Assembly: GCA_963666735.1 (NCBI GenBank)
Contig: OY762926.1
Coordinates: forward strand, 896,001-960,000
Length of the DNA stretch: 64,000 nt
Direction: 5' to 3'
Origin: Gemmatimonadota bacterium
Lineage (GTDB): Bacteria; Gemmatimonadota; Gemmatimonadetes; Palauibacterales; Palauibacteraceae
Shown: piece after piece, positions 1 through 10,438 of the stretch
Layout of the letters: each line of letters opens with the position of its first letter
Numbering within the stretch: the stretch's first letter is position 1
The notes under the pieces: generated by a model
Seen by the model: the letters and a program-made list of their open reading frames with translations, nothing else
What the model was told of the DNA's origin: nothing
Databases searched by the model: none
Translations under genes and position numbers: made by a program

Positions 1-1037
1 TGCGTCTGGCCTCGCGTGAAGAGCGCCGAACCGTGCGTTCGCGGCAGGAGCCCGACGTCGCAGGTGATGTCGCGGACGTCGTTCATGCCGCGGCCATCGA
101 TCCGCTCGCCGTCTTCGAGAATGCGGCGGCGCATGATCCCCTTCTCCAGTTTGCGCAGGGCTGCGCCGACATCGCCGGAGCAGTCCGGGTGGTCCGCCTC
201 GAGCCGCTCCGTAAGAGCTTTGCGCAGAGCCGACAGGACGCGCCCGCGCTCCTCCTTGTCGGCAATCCTCAGCGCATCTCCGACCTGTCCGGCCGCCTGG
301 TCCGAGACCTTGCTCACGACTTCCGGATCGGGTCCGACGGGCTCGTACTCGAACGTGTCCGGGCTTCCGGCCATCCGGACCAGCTCGCGCTGGAGCCCGA
401 TCAACTCGACGATCGCCTTCTGTCCCACCTGCATCGCCTCGAGGAACTCGTCCTCGGTGGCCTCGAGGCAGGCGCCCTCGACCATCACGATCGAGTCCTC
501 GGATCCGGCGACCACGATCTCCAGGTCGCACATCTCGAGGTCATCGAAGGTCGGGTTGACGAGCCATTCGCCGTCGCGGCGCGCGACGCGGACGCCGGCA
601 ATGGGCCCGCCCCACGGGATCGGGGACAGGAGGAGCGCGGTCGAGGCGCCCAGCATGCCGATGACGTCCGCGTCGTTATCCTGGTCCGCGGAGATGATGA
701 AGCAGACGACCTGCGTGTCGTTGCGGTAGTCCTCGGGGAACAGCGGCCTCAGCGGCCGGTCGATCTGCCGTGCCGAGATCGTCTCCTTATCGCCGGGTCG
801 GGTTTCGCGCTTGATGAACCCGCCGGGGAACTTGCCGGCGGCGTAGGTCTTCTCGCGGTACTCGACCGTGAGAGGGAAGAAGGGGAGGTGCGTGGGCTTG
901 CGGTCCGCCGTGGCGGTGACCAGCACCGCGGTCTCCCCGTACTGCACATAGACGGCGCCATCGGCCTGCCGGGCCATTCTGCCCGTCTCCAGGATCAGCG
1001 GACGTCCGTGGAATTCAGTTTCGATTCGGTGTGTCAT
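1..1037 (-). CDS. pnp: Polyribonucleotide nucleotidyltransferase (PNPase), 3' part runs off the window
   Basis: Not in the ORF track. Manual translation from ATG 1037 gives MTHRIETEFHGRPLILETGRMARQADGAV...LPLTVEYREKTYAAGKFPGGFIKRE...ARQIDRPLRPLFP. Lies downstream of rpsO. Confidence 0.97.
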   Translation of the reverse strand, partial: MTHRIETEFHGRPLILETGRMARQADGAVYVQYGETAVLVTATADRKPTHLPFFPLTVEYREKTYAAGKFPGGFIKRETRPGDKETISARQIDRPLRPLFPEDYRNDTQVVCFIISADQDNDADVIGMLGASTALLLSPIPWGGPIAGVRVARRDGEWLVNPTFDDLEMCDLEIVVAGSEDSIVMVEGACLEATEDEFLEAMQVGQKAIVELIGLQRELVRMAGSPDTFEYEPVGPDPEVVSKVSDQAAGQVGDALRIADKEERGRVLSALRKALTERLEADHPDCSGDVGAALRKLEKGIMRRRILEDGERIDGRGMNDVRDITCDVGLLPRTHGSALFTRGQT

Positions 1038-1253
1038 TCTTTTTTTCTCTTCTTCTTTCGAGTGTGGCGCCGCGGGATTCCGCGCGCCGCGCCGGCCCTT
1101 CACCAGGCCGGACGCTCATGGTGTGCCTTCTCGGTCTTGCATCGGCTTCTTCGATTCAGGGCCCCGGCTGGCGGGATCCGGGACGGTACAAGGGAAGGAA
1201 AGCGGGAGGCCCGGCGATGCGGGCCAGCGGAGGCTGGGCAGCGGGGCGGCGCC

Positions 1254-1517
1254 TCAATGGCGTAGCCCGAGCTCCTCAATGACCGCTCGGTAGCGGTCGA
1301 GATCCGTCCGGCGAAGGTAGTTCAACAGTCGACGGCGACGGCCGACCATCTTCAGCAGTCCGCGTCGGCTGTGATGATCCTTCGGATGATCCCGGAAGTG
1401 CCCGGTCAACTCTTCGATGCGGGCCGTGAGCAGTGCGATCTGCACCGGAGCCGACCCCTGGTCGTTCTCGCGCCGCGAGAACTTTTCTATGATTCCCTGC
1501 TTTGTCGTCTTTTCCAC
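1254..1517 (-). CDS. rpsO: 30S ribosomal protein S15
   Basis: [13 protein letters not shown]...[25 protein letters not shown] signature. Confidence 0.98.
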   Translation of the reverse strand: MEKTTKQGIIEKFSRRENDQGSAPVQIALLTARIEELTGHFRDHPKDHHSRRGLLKMVGRRRRLLNYLRRTDLDRYRAVIEELGLRH

Positions 1518-1590
1518 GTCTCTCTGGTATCCCTGGATCCGGCGGGGAGAACGGCACGAATCCGCCGGGCCGTTTCACATACAATCGCTA

Positions 1591-1619
1591 AAGATATAAT
1601 TGACACTCGCCGCTGTAAA
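1591..1619 (-). promoter_or_regulatory. Sigma70-type promoter for rpsO-pnp
   Basis: TTTACA (1619-1614), 17 nt spacer, TATCTT (1596-1591), in an AT-rich patch. Confidence 0.7.
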
Positions 1620-1657
1620 GGTGGGCCTCGCGGCTCGGGGCCGGGGCGCTCGCGCGC

Positions 1658-2779
1658 TCACCTGCCGGACGGGTTCGTCGGCGGGCAGTCGGGACCGGCG
1701 AGCGCGGGTTCGAAGATCACGGCGCGCGCGATCCCGCCTTCTTCCCGAACGCCGAACAGGAGGGCGTCATCCCCGGTCCCCCGCAGCGCCTCGTCCCGCC
1801 GGGTGCGCGCGATGAGCGCTCCGCCCGCCGGATCGATCACATCCAGGATCGTGTCGATGAGGCGGTCGAGGTCGAGCGGCGACGGCGCGGCGCCGGGGTT
1901 CGGCGTCCAGTTCTCATCGGCGACCCAGGTGGCGGTCCACAACAAGCCCCGTTCGACGCGGAGACCGATGACGACGGACGGGACCGGAGCCGTGACGGGC
2001 GCGCCGGGCCGGGGCGGTCCGGGGTCGAACCACTCCGGGTCCCCGACCAGGCGCGTGACCGGCTCGCTCCCGTCTGACGGATCCCACGCGTCGAACCCGT
2101 AGCCTCCGGCGCGGGTCGTCCACACCCTGCCCCGCCCGTCCACCGCGACGGGCGCGCGGAAGAAATTCACCATCCAGGACTCCACGGGGGTGGCGCCGAG
2201 GCCGGCTGACCGTTGTCCGCCGCCGTCGACGATCTCGGTCGTCGCGCTGAGTACGTCGTCGACCTGACCGAAACCGGACACGGCATACCGTTCACCGAGG
2301 GCGATGGCAGCGAAGTCGAGCCCGTGAAGGCTTCGGACATTCACGGTTTCGAGCGGCCGGCGATCCGCGGACAGGCGCGTGATCCTGCGATTGCCGAGGT
2401 CCAGGATCCGGAGACTTCCGTCCGGTCCCGCGCGGATCCGGCCGGGCACGCGGAACTCGCCCGGACCATCGCCCCCCCGGCCGAAACGGTCCCGGAACAC
2501 GCCCTCCGCGTCGAAGACCAGCAGTTCCCCCCGGTTCTCCACGCTCGCCACGATGTATTCGCCCTCCGTGGTTCGCGTGATCTCCGGACGGCTCCCGATC
2601 GTCCCCGGATCTCCGATGCCGCCGAGCCGAACGACTTCGCGGAGTCGGACCGCGCATTCCCCCGCTTCGTCCGCGACCGGCAGGATCGACTGGGCGGAGG
2701 ACGGTCGCGGGACCGCCGCGCACACGACCGCGGCGATGAGCCACGGATGCTTCACATGCACCGGAAGCCTGCCGGTCAT
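1658..2779 (-). CDS. Secreted 6-bladed/NHL-like beta-propeller protein of unknown function
   Basis: Signal-peptide-like N-terminus (WLIAAVVCAAVPRPSSA-Q) and an NHL-like motif FGRGGDGPGEFRVP. ATGA overlap with ribF. Start codon uncertain. Confidence 0.7.
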   Translation of the reverse strand: MTGRLPVHVKHPWLIAAVVCAAVPRPSSAQSILPVADEAGECAVRLREVVRLGGIGDPGTIGSRPEITRTTEGEYIVASVENRGELLVFDAEGVFRDRFGRGGDGPGEFRVPGRIRAGPDGSLRILDLGNRRITRLSADRRPLETVNVRSLHGLDFAAIALGERYAVSGFGQVDDVLSATTEIVDGGGQRSAGLGATPVESWMVNFFRAPVAVDGRGRVWTTRAGGYGFDAWDPSDGSEPVTRLVGDPEWFDPGPPRPGAPVTAPVPSVVIGLRVERGLLWTATWVADENWTPNPGAAPSPLDLDRLIDTILDVIDPAGGALIARTRRDEALRGTGDDALLFGVREEGGIARAVIFEPALAGPDCPPTNPSGR

Positions 2780-3696
2780 CTATCCATCTTCCTCAAGTAT
2801 GCGCGGCCGTCCGCGAGGTCCCGGCGCATCTGCGCGGCGAGATCATCTCCCGACTCGAACGCCCGCACCTCCCGCAGCCGGTGGAGGACATCGACAATCA
2901 CGCGCTCTCCGTAGATGTCGCGCTCGAAATCGATGAGGAAGAGTTCGATGGCCGGCGGAGAGCCCGCGAAGGTCGGCCGGGCGCCGAGGTGCAGCAGTCC
3001 ATCGATTCGTTCGGAACCGAGCGTGGCGCGCACGACGTAGATGCCTTCCGCCGGCAGGAGCTTGTCGGGAGGGGGAGGCGTGAGGTTGGCGGTCGGAAAA
3101 CCGAGCGTCCTTCCCCGGCCCAGTCCTCGGATCACGGTCCCGCGGAACGAATACGGACGACCGAGGTCCGCGGCCGCCCCTTCCATGTGGCCCGCCGACA
3201 CGGCCTGCCGGACCCGGGTGGATGAGACGGGCGATCCGTCCGTTTCGACGCCTCCCACGACGGAGACTTCGAACCCGTGGATTCCGCCGAGCCGTTCGAG
3301 CACGGTGACATCTCCGGCACGTCCGCGCCCGAACCCGTGGTCATACCCGATCACGACCTCCGCCGGGCGGAAGCGCGGAACGATGATGTCCTCCACGAAC
3401 TTCCGGGGAGAGTAACGGGAGAATTCGAGCGTGAAGGAGACGAACGCAACGTAATCCAGGCCTGCCTGGGCGAGGATCTCCTTCTTCTCGTTCGGCAGCG
3501 TGAGAAGCGGTGGGGCGACTTCGGGACGCACGACACTCAGGGGATGCGGGTCGAAGGTGAGGAGCACCGCATGGCCGTTCCGCGCACGCGCGCGGCGCCG
3601 AACATCGCGCAGGATCTCCCGGTGTCCGAGGTGGACGCCGTCGAAGGTCCCGACGGTGACGACGGTGCCCCGAACGTGCGGGGGGAGGCCGCTCAA
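2776..3696 (-). CDS. ribF: Bifunctional riboflavin kinase/FAD synthetase
   Basis: GTFDGVHLGH, VSSTRVR and GRTLGFPTAN motifs. Confidence 0.97.
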   Translation of the reverse strand: MSGLPPHVRGTVVTVGTFDGVHLGHREILRDVRRRARARNGHAVLLTFDPHPLSVVRPEVAPPLLTLPNEKKEILAQAGLDYVAFVSFTLEFSRYSPRKFVEDIIVPRFRPAEVVIGYDHGFGRGRAGDVTVLERLGGIHGFEVSVVGGVETDGSPVSSTRVRQAVSAGHMEGAAADLGRPYSFRGTVIRGLGRGRTLGFPTANLTPPPPDKLLPAEGIYVVRATLGSERIDGLLHLGARPTFAGSPPAIELFLIDFERDIYGERVIVDVLHRLREVRAFESGDDLAAQMRRDLADGRAYLRKMDR

Positions 3697-4607
3697 GCGA
3701 CGAACACCTTCTTCGGATGGAGGCGGCCGTCACGCTCCTCGGCAATGGCGACGAGGCCGTCGGGAGCGCACAGGGCGACCGGTTCCCCGGGGGATCCCCC
3801 GGAACCGCGCGCGCGCTTCGGGGGAGACCGCACGTCTCCGCGCTCGACCGATCTTCCGTGCCGGATCTCATCCCGTTCGCGGTCGTTCAGTTCGCGCCGC
3901 CGCACCCATGGCAGCGCCGCGGCCCCGGGACGCCACGCGGGGGACGCCGCGACCACGGCTTCCGCCGCCGCGCCGGGAGATATCGCCTCGCCCACGCCGA
4001 AGGGGCCGATCGCCGTGCGGCGCAGCGCGGTGAGGTGCGCCCCCGGTCCGAGATCCCGCCCGAGATCGCGGGCCAGCGCCCGCACGTACGTGCCGGTGGA
4101 GACGCTCGCGCGGAACCGGACTCGCGGGAGATCGATGTCCGTGACCGCGATCTCGTGGATGATCACCTCGCGTGCCTCGAGTTCGGGACGCTCCCCGCGA
4201 CGGGCCAGCGCGTAGGCGCGCTCCCCGCTCGCGTGGCGCGCCGAGTAGGCGGAAGGCACCTGTCGTCCGACGCCCTCCCGGGCCGCGAAGGAAGCCCGGA
4301 TCGCCGCCGCGTCCAGCTCCCGCCACCCGGCGTCTTCCGATACGGTCTTCCCCGTGAGATCGTCCGTGTCCGTCTCCCGTCCCAACGCCATCGTCGCATC
4401 GTAGGATTTCGGCAGTCCGTGGTAGAGGTCGGCCAGCCGCGTGAACGACCCGACGAGCGACAGCAGGAGCCCCGTCGCGAAGGGGTCGAGCGTCCCGGTG
4501 TGGCCGATCCGGCGCACGCCCAGCTTCCGGCGGATCCGAAGGACGATGTCGTGCGACGTCGCTCCGGCCGGCTTGTCGACCAGGAGGAGACCGGCCTCAG
4601 TCGTCAC
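3693..4607 (-). CDS. truB: tRNA pseudouridine(55) synthase
   Basis: GLLLVDKPAG, GHTGTLDPFATG and GTYVRALARD. Start trimmed to GTG 4607. Confidence 0.96.
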   Translation of the reverse strand: MTTEAGLLLVDKPAGATSHDIVLRIRRKLGVRRIGHTGTLDPFATGLLLSLVGSFTRLADLYHGLPKSYDATMALGRETDTDDLTGKTVSEDAGWRELDAAAIRASFAAREGVGRQVPSAYSARHASGERAYALARRGERPELEAREVIIHEIAVTDIDLPRVRFRASVSTGTYVRALARDLGRDLGPGAHLTALRRTAIGPFGVGEAISPGAAAEAVVAASPAWRPGAAALPWVRRRELNDRERDEIRHGRSVERGDVRSPPKRARGSGGSPGEPVALCAPDGLVAIAEERDGRLHPKKVFVA

Positions 4608-4953
4608 GTGATCCCCAGTCCTGGCGGGTCCGGCGCAACAGTTCCTCGATCCGGCTCGCGTGCTCCGGTGTTTCGTCGGCCAGGAAGCGGAATTCCGGGA
4701 TCTTCCGCAGCCGGAGCGACCGGCCGAGTTCCCGTCGTATGAATCCCGCTGCGTGCTCCAAACCCTCGATTCCCTCCGAGACGTCCTCGTCCGAACGAAT
4801 GTACACGGTGGCAAAGGAGAGGTCCCTCGTCGCCCGCACGTCGGTCACGGTCACGCCGTCGAGACGCGGGTCCTTGAGCGATCCGAGAAGGAGGCGGGTG
4901 AGTTCGCGCCGGAACAGCTCGCCCAGTCGTTCGCTCCGGTGACGATGGCTCAC
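4597..4953 (-). CDS. rbfA: Ribosome-binding factor A
   Basis: LKDPRL..VTVTDV..TRDLSFATVY and LRKIPEFRF. Expected position after infB. Confidence 0.96.
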   Translation of the reverse strand: MSHRHRSERLGELFRRELTRLLLGSLKDPRLDGVTVTDVRATRDLSFATVYIRSDEDVSEGIEGLEHAAGFIRRELGRSLRLRKIPEFRFLADETPEHASRIEELLRRTRQDWGSRDD

Positions 4954-4981
4954 GCGCTCCCCCGCGCCGGGCAGCCGGCCT

Positions 4982-5266
4982 TCACAGGAACTCGGTCTCC
5001 GACTCGACGACGTGCGCCCTCGGGTCGGATCTCAGGAAGAGGTCCACGCGTCCGAGAACGGACTCGGCGTGCCGGCGTTCGCCCGATACGACGCAGGCCG
5101 TGATCTCGGCCATCGAGGCCCGGTCGCGAAGACCGGTCTCGGCGGCGGAAACCCGGAACTTCATGATCGTGCGCTCCCGCAGGCCGCGGATCACCGAACG
5201 CTTCGCCTTGAGCGACCGGCAGCCCGGGAGGTGAAACACCCAGCGTCCTACCCCGATGACGGCCAT
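4982..5266 (-). CDS. DUF503 (YlxP-like) protein
   Basis: HLPGCRSLKAKRSVI...KFRVSAAE. Typical position between infB and rbfA. Confidence 0.88.
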   Translation of the reverse strand: MAVIGVGRWVFHLPGCRSLKAKRSVIRGLRERTIMKFRVSAAETGLRDRASMAEITACVVSGERRHAESVLGRVDLFLRSDPRAHVVESETEFL

Positions 5267-5281
5267 GATGCCCGCCGAGGG

Positions 5282-8017
5282 TCAGCCTGCCGGTGCTCCG
5301 GAGAGGGTGCGCGCGACTTCCACCACCTCGTAGCACTCGATCACATCGCCGACCTTGATGTCGTTGTAGTTTTCGATGGAGATGCCGCACTCGTACCCGT
5401 CTCTCACCTCGCGCACATCCTCCTTGAACCGGCGCAGGCTGTCGATCCGGCCCTGATAGATCTGGATCTGGTCGCGCAGGAGACGGATCGGGAGGTTGCG
5501 CCGCATGGTGCCGGTCTGGACGTAGCAACCCGCGATCGTCCCCGCCTTCGGGACGCGGAAGAGCTCGCGGATTTCGGCCATGCCGACCGTGATCTCACGC
5601 TGCTCGGGCGCGAGCAGACCTTCGAGCGCCAGGCGAATCTCCTCGACCGCTTCGTAGATCACGTTATAGATCCGGATCTCGATCGACTCCCGTTCCGCGG
5701 CGGCCGCCGCCCCCGCATCCGGTCGAACGTGGAAACCGACAATGATCGCCCGCGAAGTCGAGGCCAGGAGAATGTCGGACTCGTTGATGCCACCCACGGC
5801 CCGGTGGATGACCTCGACGGAGACCTCGTCGGTCGACAGCCGCTCGAGACTGTCGGAGAGCGCCTGGACCGACCCGTCCGTATCGCCCTTGATGACGACG
5901 TTCAGGCGCGCGCCCTCACCCGCCTTGACCGCGGCGAAGACATCCTCGAGCCGCGTTCCGGTCGCCCTGCGGCGGATGTCCTTCTCGCGCTCCAGTTGCT
6001 GCCGCCGCGAGACGATCTCGCGGACGCGTGCCGCGGAGAGGGCGACGAGGGAGTCGCCCGCCTGCGGTACGCCCTCCATTCCGAGGACCCGCACGGGGAT
6101 CCCCGGACCGGCGCTCGTGACTTTTCGGCCCCGCTCATCCAGGAGCGCGCGGACCCGCCCGCCGTAGAGCCCGCAGACGAAATCGGCGCCGACCTCCAGC
6201 GTCCCGCGTTCCACGAGCACGGTCGCCACCGGACCCATGCCGCGATCCAGTTGCGCCTCGACGACCGTCCCGCGGGCTTCCCGGTCCGGGTTTGCCTTCA
6301 ACTCGAGAATCTCCGCCTGCAGAAGGACCTTCTCGAGAAGGTCGTCCAGCCCCTCACCCGTCTTCGCCGAGACGTTCGCGCCGAGGGTCTCGCCACCGAA
6401 GTCCTCGAGGACCACCTCGCGTGCGAGGAGCTCCCTCTTCACCCGATCCACATCCGCCGACGGGAGGTCGACCTTGTTCACGGCGACGATGATCGGCACC
6501 GACGCGTTCCGGGCGTGGCTGATCGCTTCGATCGTCTGGGGCATCACGGAGTCGTCGGCGGCCACGACGAGGATCACGATGTCCGTGACTTCCGCGCCGC
6601 GCGCCCGCATGGCCGTGAACGCCTCGTGGCCGGGCGTGTCGAGGAAGGTGATCGTCCGACCCTCCGAGAGGAGCACGTGATAGGCGCCGATGTGCTGCGT
6701 GATGCCTCCCGCCTCTCCCGCGATCACGTTCGTGCTCCGGATACGGTCGAGCAGCGACGTTTTTCCATGGTCGACGTGGCCCATCACGGTCACGATCGGC
6801 GGCCGCGGCACCAACTGGCTCTCGTCCTCCGGAAGATCTTCGTCGTCGCTCGCGAGGTCCGCCTCGAACCCCTCCTCCCGGATCGCAGTGAAGCCGGCCT
6901 CTTCGCAGATGAGTTCGATCTGACCGAAGTCGAGCCGCTGGTTGATCGTCACCATGAGGCCGAGGTTCTTGAACGCCGATGTGATGATGGCCTGCGGCGG
7001 GACCTCGATCAGGTCGGCGAGTTCCGACACGGTGAGGAACTCGTTGACTCGCACCGTCGCCTTCTCCGTGCGCTGTTCGAGTTCGCGCTGCTCGCGCTCC
7101 GCCTCGCGCTGCTGCTGCTGCGTCTCGCGACGTCGTTTTCGCGGCGAGGATTGCCCCATTGCGGCCAGCGTCTTGCGGAAATTCTGCTGGACGGCGTTTC
7201 GGTCCACGCGTCTCCGCTTCTTTCCATCTCCGCCACGGGACTTCTTGCGACCATCAACGGTGTACCCCTGGGCCGAGATTCGCACCTTGCCGCCCGGGCC
7301 CGCCGAGGCCGTGGGGCCCGCGGCCGCCGAGGCGGGCGACGGCATGTCCCGGCGGACCGGCTTCGGCCGACGCGCGGGGGGAGACGGAGCGGACGGCGCC
7401 TCCGCCTCCCCTTCCGTCGCTTCCGCTTCCGCCGCTTCCGCTTCCGTCGCTTCCGCTTCGGGCTCGGCGACTTCCGGCTCCGCCTCCGCGGCCTCGATAC
7501 CCGCTTCCGGCTCCACCGGCTCGGCCGCCTCGGGGGCGGGAGCCTCGGGCGCATCGGCGGGCTCCGGGGCAACTTCGGCTTCGGGTTCGACTTCGGCCTC
7601 CGCCTGCGGGGCCTCGGTCTCGACGGCGGGCTCGGGCTCGACCCCGGCGTCGACCTCGATCTCGGCCTGAGACTCGACAGGCGACTCGACCTCGGGCACA
7701 TCGGTGGGCGCCGCAACGTCCTCCGCCGCCTCCGGAAACGGCCCGGCGCCTTCGTCGACCTCGACGTCCGGCGTCGCGGCCGCGAGCGCCGCGGGAGCGG
7801 CCCTCCGCCGACGGCGGCGTCGCCTCACGGGGGCTGCGGTACCCGTGATCGCTTCACCCCGCCGTTCGCGTTCGAGCCGCGCGTGCAGACGCGCCACGCT
7901 CGCCGGGTCCACGCTCGACATGTGGCTGCGCACAGGCACATCCATCTCCCGCAGCAGCTGGATGAGGTGACTCGTGTCGAGTCTCAGTTCCTCCGCGACC
8001 TCGAAGACACGCTTCAT
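5282..8017 (-). CDS. infB: Translation initiation factor IF-2
   Basis: [13 protein letters not shown] and NKVD GTPase motifs, after a long acidic Ala/Glu/Pro-rich N-terminal linker. Confidence 0.99.
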   Translation of the reverse strand: MKRVFEVAEELRLDTSHLIQLLREMDVPVRSHMSSVDPASVARLHARLERERRGEAITGTAAPVRRRRRRRRAAPAALAAATPDVEVDEGAGPFPEAAEDVAAPTDVPEVESPVESQAEIEVDAGVEPEPAVETEAPQAEAEVEPEAEVAPEPADAPEAPAPEAAEPVEPEAGIEAAEAEPEVAEPEAEATEAEAAEAEATEGEAEAPSAPSPPARRPKPVRRDMPSPASAAAGPTASAGPGGKVRISAQGYTVDGRKKSRGGDGKKRRRVDRNAVQQNFRKTLAAMGQSSPRKRRRETQQQQREAEREQRELEQRTEKATVRVNEFLTVSELADLIEVPPQAIITSAFKNLGLMVTINQRLDFGQIELICEEAGFTAIREEGFEADLASDDEDLPEDESQLVPRPPIVTVMGHVDHGKTSLLDRIRSTNVIAGEAGGITQHIGAYHVLLSEGRTITFLDTPGHEAFTAMRARGAEVTDIVILVVAADDSVMPQTIEAISHARNASVPIIVAVNKVDLPSADVDRVKRELLAREVVLEDFGGETLGANVSAKTGEGLDDLLEKVLLQAEILELKANPDREARGTVVEAQLDRGMGPVATVLVERGTLEVGADFVCGLYGGRVRALLDERGRKVTSAGPGIPVRVLGMEGVPQAGDSLVALSAARVREIVSRRQQLEREKDIRRRATGTRLEDVFAAVKAGEGARLNVVIKGDTDGSVQALSDSLERLSTDEVSVEVIHRAVGGINESDILLASTSRAIIVGFHVRPDAGAAAAAERESIEIRIYNVIYEAVEEIRLALEGLLAPEQREITVGMAEIRELFRVPKAGTIAGCYVQTGTMRRNLPIRLLRDQIQIYQGRIDSLRRFKEDVREVRDGYECGISIENYNDIKVGDVIECYEVVEVARTLSGAPAG

Positions 8018-8349
8018 TGTCCAGGCACCTGCCCTTCCGGATCTCGCGACCCGGAGCTGTCATCACGCCCCGAGGGCGCGCGCTCCCCTTCGAGAATCCG
8101 CTGCGCCAGCGCTGAATCCGTGACGCCGACCACGGCCACATCGTTCCGTCCGAGCGCCCGTCCGAGCGCTCTTCGACTCGCCACCGTCACACGCAACGCC
8201 CCCCGCGCCCGTGGCGTCAGGCGGCCCAGCGCGTGCCGCGATGCGTCGCCCGCGACCACGAGCAGGGCGAGCCTTCCCCTGCGTGCCGCGATGTCCACGG
8301 CCCGGGTGCCGAGAGCGACCCGGCCCGCGCGCGTCGCGATCCCGAGCAA
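8014..8349 (-). CDS. L7Ae/L30e-family RNA-binding protein (YlxQ-like)
   Basis: LGIATRAGRVALG...LLVVAGDAS...LGRALGR. Lies between nusA and infB. Start uncertain. Confidence 0.82.
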   Translation of the reverse strand: MLGIATRAGRVALGTRAVDIAARRGRLALLVVAGDASRHALGRLTPRARGALRVTVASRRALGRALGRNDVAVVGVTDSALAQRILEGERAPSGRDDSSGSRDPEGQVPGQ

Positions 8350-8390
8350 GCTCAGCGTAGCCCTGGCCCGCGCCCCACCCCGGCCGCGCT

Positions 8391-9866
8391 TCAGGAGGTC
8401 CCCTCGCCCGAGGCCGCCGTGCTCATTGCATCGGCCGCGTCCGCAGACGCCACCTCCGCAGGCGCCGCCGCCGCGGGCAGCTCGGGAACCTCCGCCGCGG
8501 GCACCTCGGGAACCGCAGCCGCCTCCTCCGCGGACGCCTCGGCAGCCATCTTCGCAGCCGCGGCGACCTCGGCCTGCGCCTCGTCCACGACGGTCAGTTC
8601 GTCGATCAGCGCTTCCAGCGTATCGGCCTCATCCGGCCCGATCCCCGGGACCTGGAGGAAATCGCTCCGATCCATGTCGAGGAGTCCGTAGAAGCTGCTG
8701 ATCCCGGCCGCCTCGAGCGCCGCAAGCGTCGCCGGAGCGATCCCCTCGAGCTCGGAGAGCGGGAAGTCGGACATCTCGTACTCATCATCGCTTCCGAACA
8801 GGCCGGACTCCCCGCCGCGCTCCATCCAGTCACGACTGGAGTACAGGTCGATCTGCCATCCGATGAGCTGTGACGCCAACCGCACATTCTGCCCGTTTCG
8901 CCCGATCGCCAACGACAGCTGGTCCTCGTCCACGATCGCCGTAATGACGTGCCGCTCCTGATCGGAGATCACCTTGGCGACCCGGGCCGGAGCCAGCGCT
9001 CGACGGGCGAAGATCTCCGGGTCGGGGTGCCACGGGACGATGTCGATGCGTTCCCCGCTCAACTCCGACACGACCGCCTGGACGCGCGATCCCTTGAGAC
9101 CGACGCAGGCTCCGACCGGGTCGACCGATTCATCCCGGGACGCGACGGCCACCTTGGTGCGTCCGCCCGCTTCGCGGACAATCTCCTTGATGTCAACGAT
9201 ATTCTGGTAGATTTCCGGCACCTCGAGGGCGAACAACGAAGCGACGAACTGCGGATCCGCCCGCGACAGGATGAGTCGCGGACCGCGCGGCGTCTCCTCC
9301 AGCAGCTTCAGCACGGCGCGGATCGGCTCGCCCTGGCGGAAGCGTTCCCGCGGATTCTGCTCCCGCCACGGGATGATCGCTTCGGCTTCGCGAGACCGGT
9401 TCAGCATGACGACGAGTTTGCCGCGCTCGCTCGCCTGTACTTCGCCGGAAACGAGATCTCCTACCCGATCGTTGAATTCCATGCGGATCCGATCGCGTTC
9501 CCCCTCGCGGATGCGCTGGATGATCCTCTGCTTGGCGGCCATCACGGCGCTGCGCCCGAAATCCCTGAAGTCGACGGGGATTTCCATCAGGTCGCCGACC
9601 TGAAAATCGGGATCATCCCAGCGAGCCTGCTCGAGCGTCACTTCCCGGGCCGGATCCTCGACCTCTTCAACGACTTCCTTGAGGACGACGATCGAAATGT
9701 CGCCTCCATCGGTGACGTCAATTTCCGCTTCGACCGGACCGCCGAAACGACGGGCGAGCGCCGCATGGATCCCTTCGCGGATGAGATCATGCAATTCCAG
9801 CTCCGTCAGCGACTTGTTCGCCGCCATCATGCGGAAAGCCTCAACGATCGGGATCTGATCGCTCAT
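8391..9866 (-). CDS. nusA: Transcription termination/antitermination factor NusA
   Basis: FGRSAVMAAKQ, REAGGRTKVAV, DPVGACVG and LSLAIGRNGQNVRLA, with an HhH-like and acidic C-terminal extension. Confidence 0.98.
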   Translation of the reverse strand: MSDQIPIVEAFRMMAANKSLTELELHDLIREGIHAALARRFGGPVEAEIDVTDGGDISIVVLKEVVEEVEDPAREVTLEQARWDDPDFQVGDLMEIPVDFRDFGRSAVMAAKQRIIQRIREGERDRIRMEFNDRVGDLVSGEVQASERGKLVVMLNRSREAEAIIPWREQNPRERFRQGEPIRAVLKLLEETPRGPRLILSRADPQFVASLFALEVPEIYQNIVDIKEIVREAGGRTKVAVASRDESVDPVGACVGLKGSRVQAVVSELSGERIDIVPWHPDPEIFARRALAPARVAKVISDQERHVITAIVDEDQLSLAIGRNGQNVRLASQLIGWQIDLYSSRDWMERGGESGLFGSDDEYEMSDFPLSELEGIAPATLAALEAAGISSFYGLLDMDRSDFLQVPGIGPDEADTLEALIDELTVVDEAQAEVAAAAKMAAEASAEEAAAVPEVPAAEVPELPAAAAPAEVASADAADAMSTAASGEGTS

Positions 9867-9875
9867 TGCCTCTCT

Positions 9876-10370
9876 CTATCTCCCACGCACCCCTCCAGCC
9901 GCGTCCCAGTCGTAGACCAGGCGGGCGGAGGCCACGAGCTCCAACGGGATCTCCACACGATCCCCTTCGATCTCCAGCGCAAACGTCCCGGGAAGTCCGT
10001 CCACCGTCCCGAGCAACGTCCCCTCCAGTTTTCGGCCGCGACCGGCCAGCGGACCGTAGCCCCGCACGCGGACTCGCGACCCGGCGAAGCGGTCGTAGTC
10101 CGCGGCCTTGACCAGCGGCCGGTCCACTCCCGGCGACGACACTTCGAGCACCCAGTCTTCGGCTGCTCCATCTTCAAGCGCGCCACGCAGTTCCCTCGTC
10201 ACCGCGACGCAGTCGTCAACGGTGACGCCCGACCGCGCGAACGACGGACCCGATCGATCGATCCGGAGCCGGAGCAGCGGCCGACGACGGCCTCCGCCCC
10301 GCTCCATCTGCACGACCTCGAAGCCGAGGGCTTCGACCGCGCGTTCGATGTCCGCCGAGTCCAGCATCAC
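9876..10370 (-). CDS. rimP: Ribosome maturation factor RimP
   Basis: VTVDDC and LEVSSPGVDRPL motifs. Confidence 0.95.
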   Translation of the reverse strand: MMLDSADIERAVEALGFEVVQMERGGGRRRPLLRLRIDRSGPSFARSGVTVDDCVAVTRELRGALEDGAAEDWVLEVSSPGVDRPLVKAADYDRFAGSRVRVRGYGPLAGRGRKLEGTLLGTVDGLPGTFALEIEGDRVEIPLELVASARLVYDWDAAGGVRGR

Positions 10371-10404
10371 CGATCCTTTCGGCGAATCCGGTTCGCTCTA
10401 CTGC

Positions 10405-10438
10405 AAAAAAAAGTGGGGCCCGTACAGCTTCCCCACTT
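10405..10438 (-). promoter_or_regulatory. rimP-leader attenuator-like hairpin
   Basis: AAGTGGGG-loop-CCCCACTT followed by a T run upstream of rimP, matching the widespread rimP leader pattern. Confidence 0.75.

Noticed and set aside
7400..7700. Repetitive GCTTCC-rich DNA in infB
   Set aside because: It encodes the ordinary low-complexity acidic IF-2 linker (EAEA/EPE).
5012..8701. 1229-aa plus-strand ORF and many similar long ORFs (33-1265, 8949-10445, 19243-20973, 49820-52210, 55321-57447, 61203-63110)
   Set aside because: Antisense or off-frame shadows of well-identified genes, expected at this GC content. They are Arg/Pro/Gly-rich with no family motifs.
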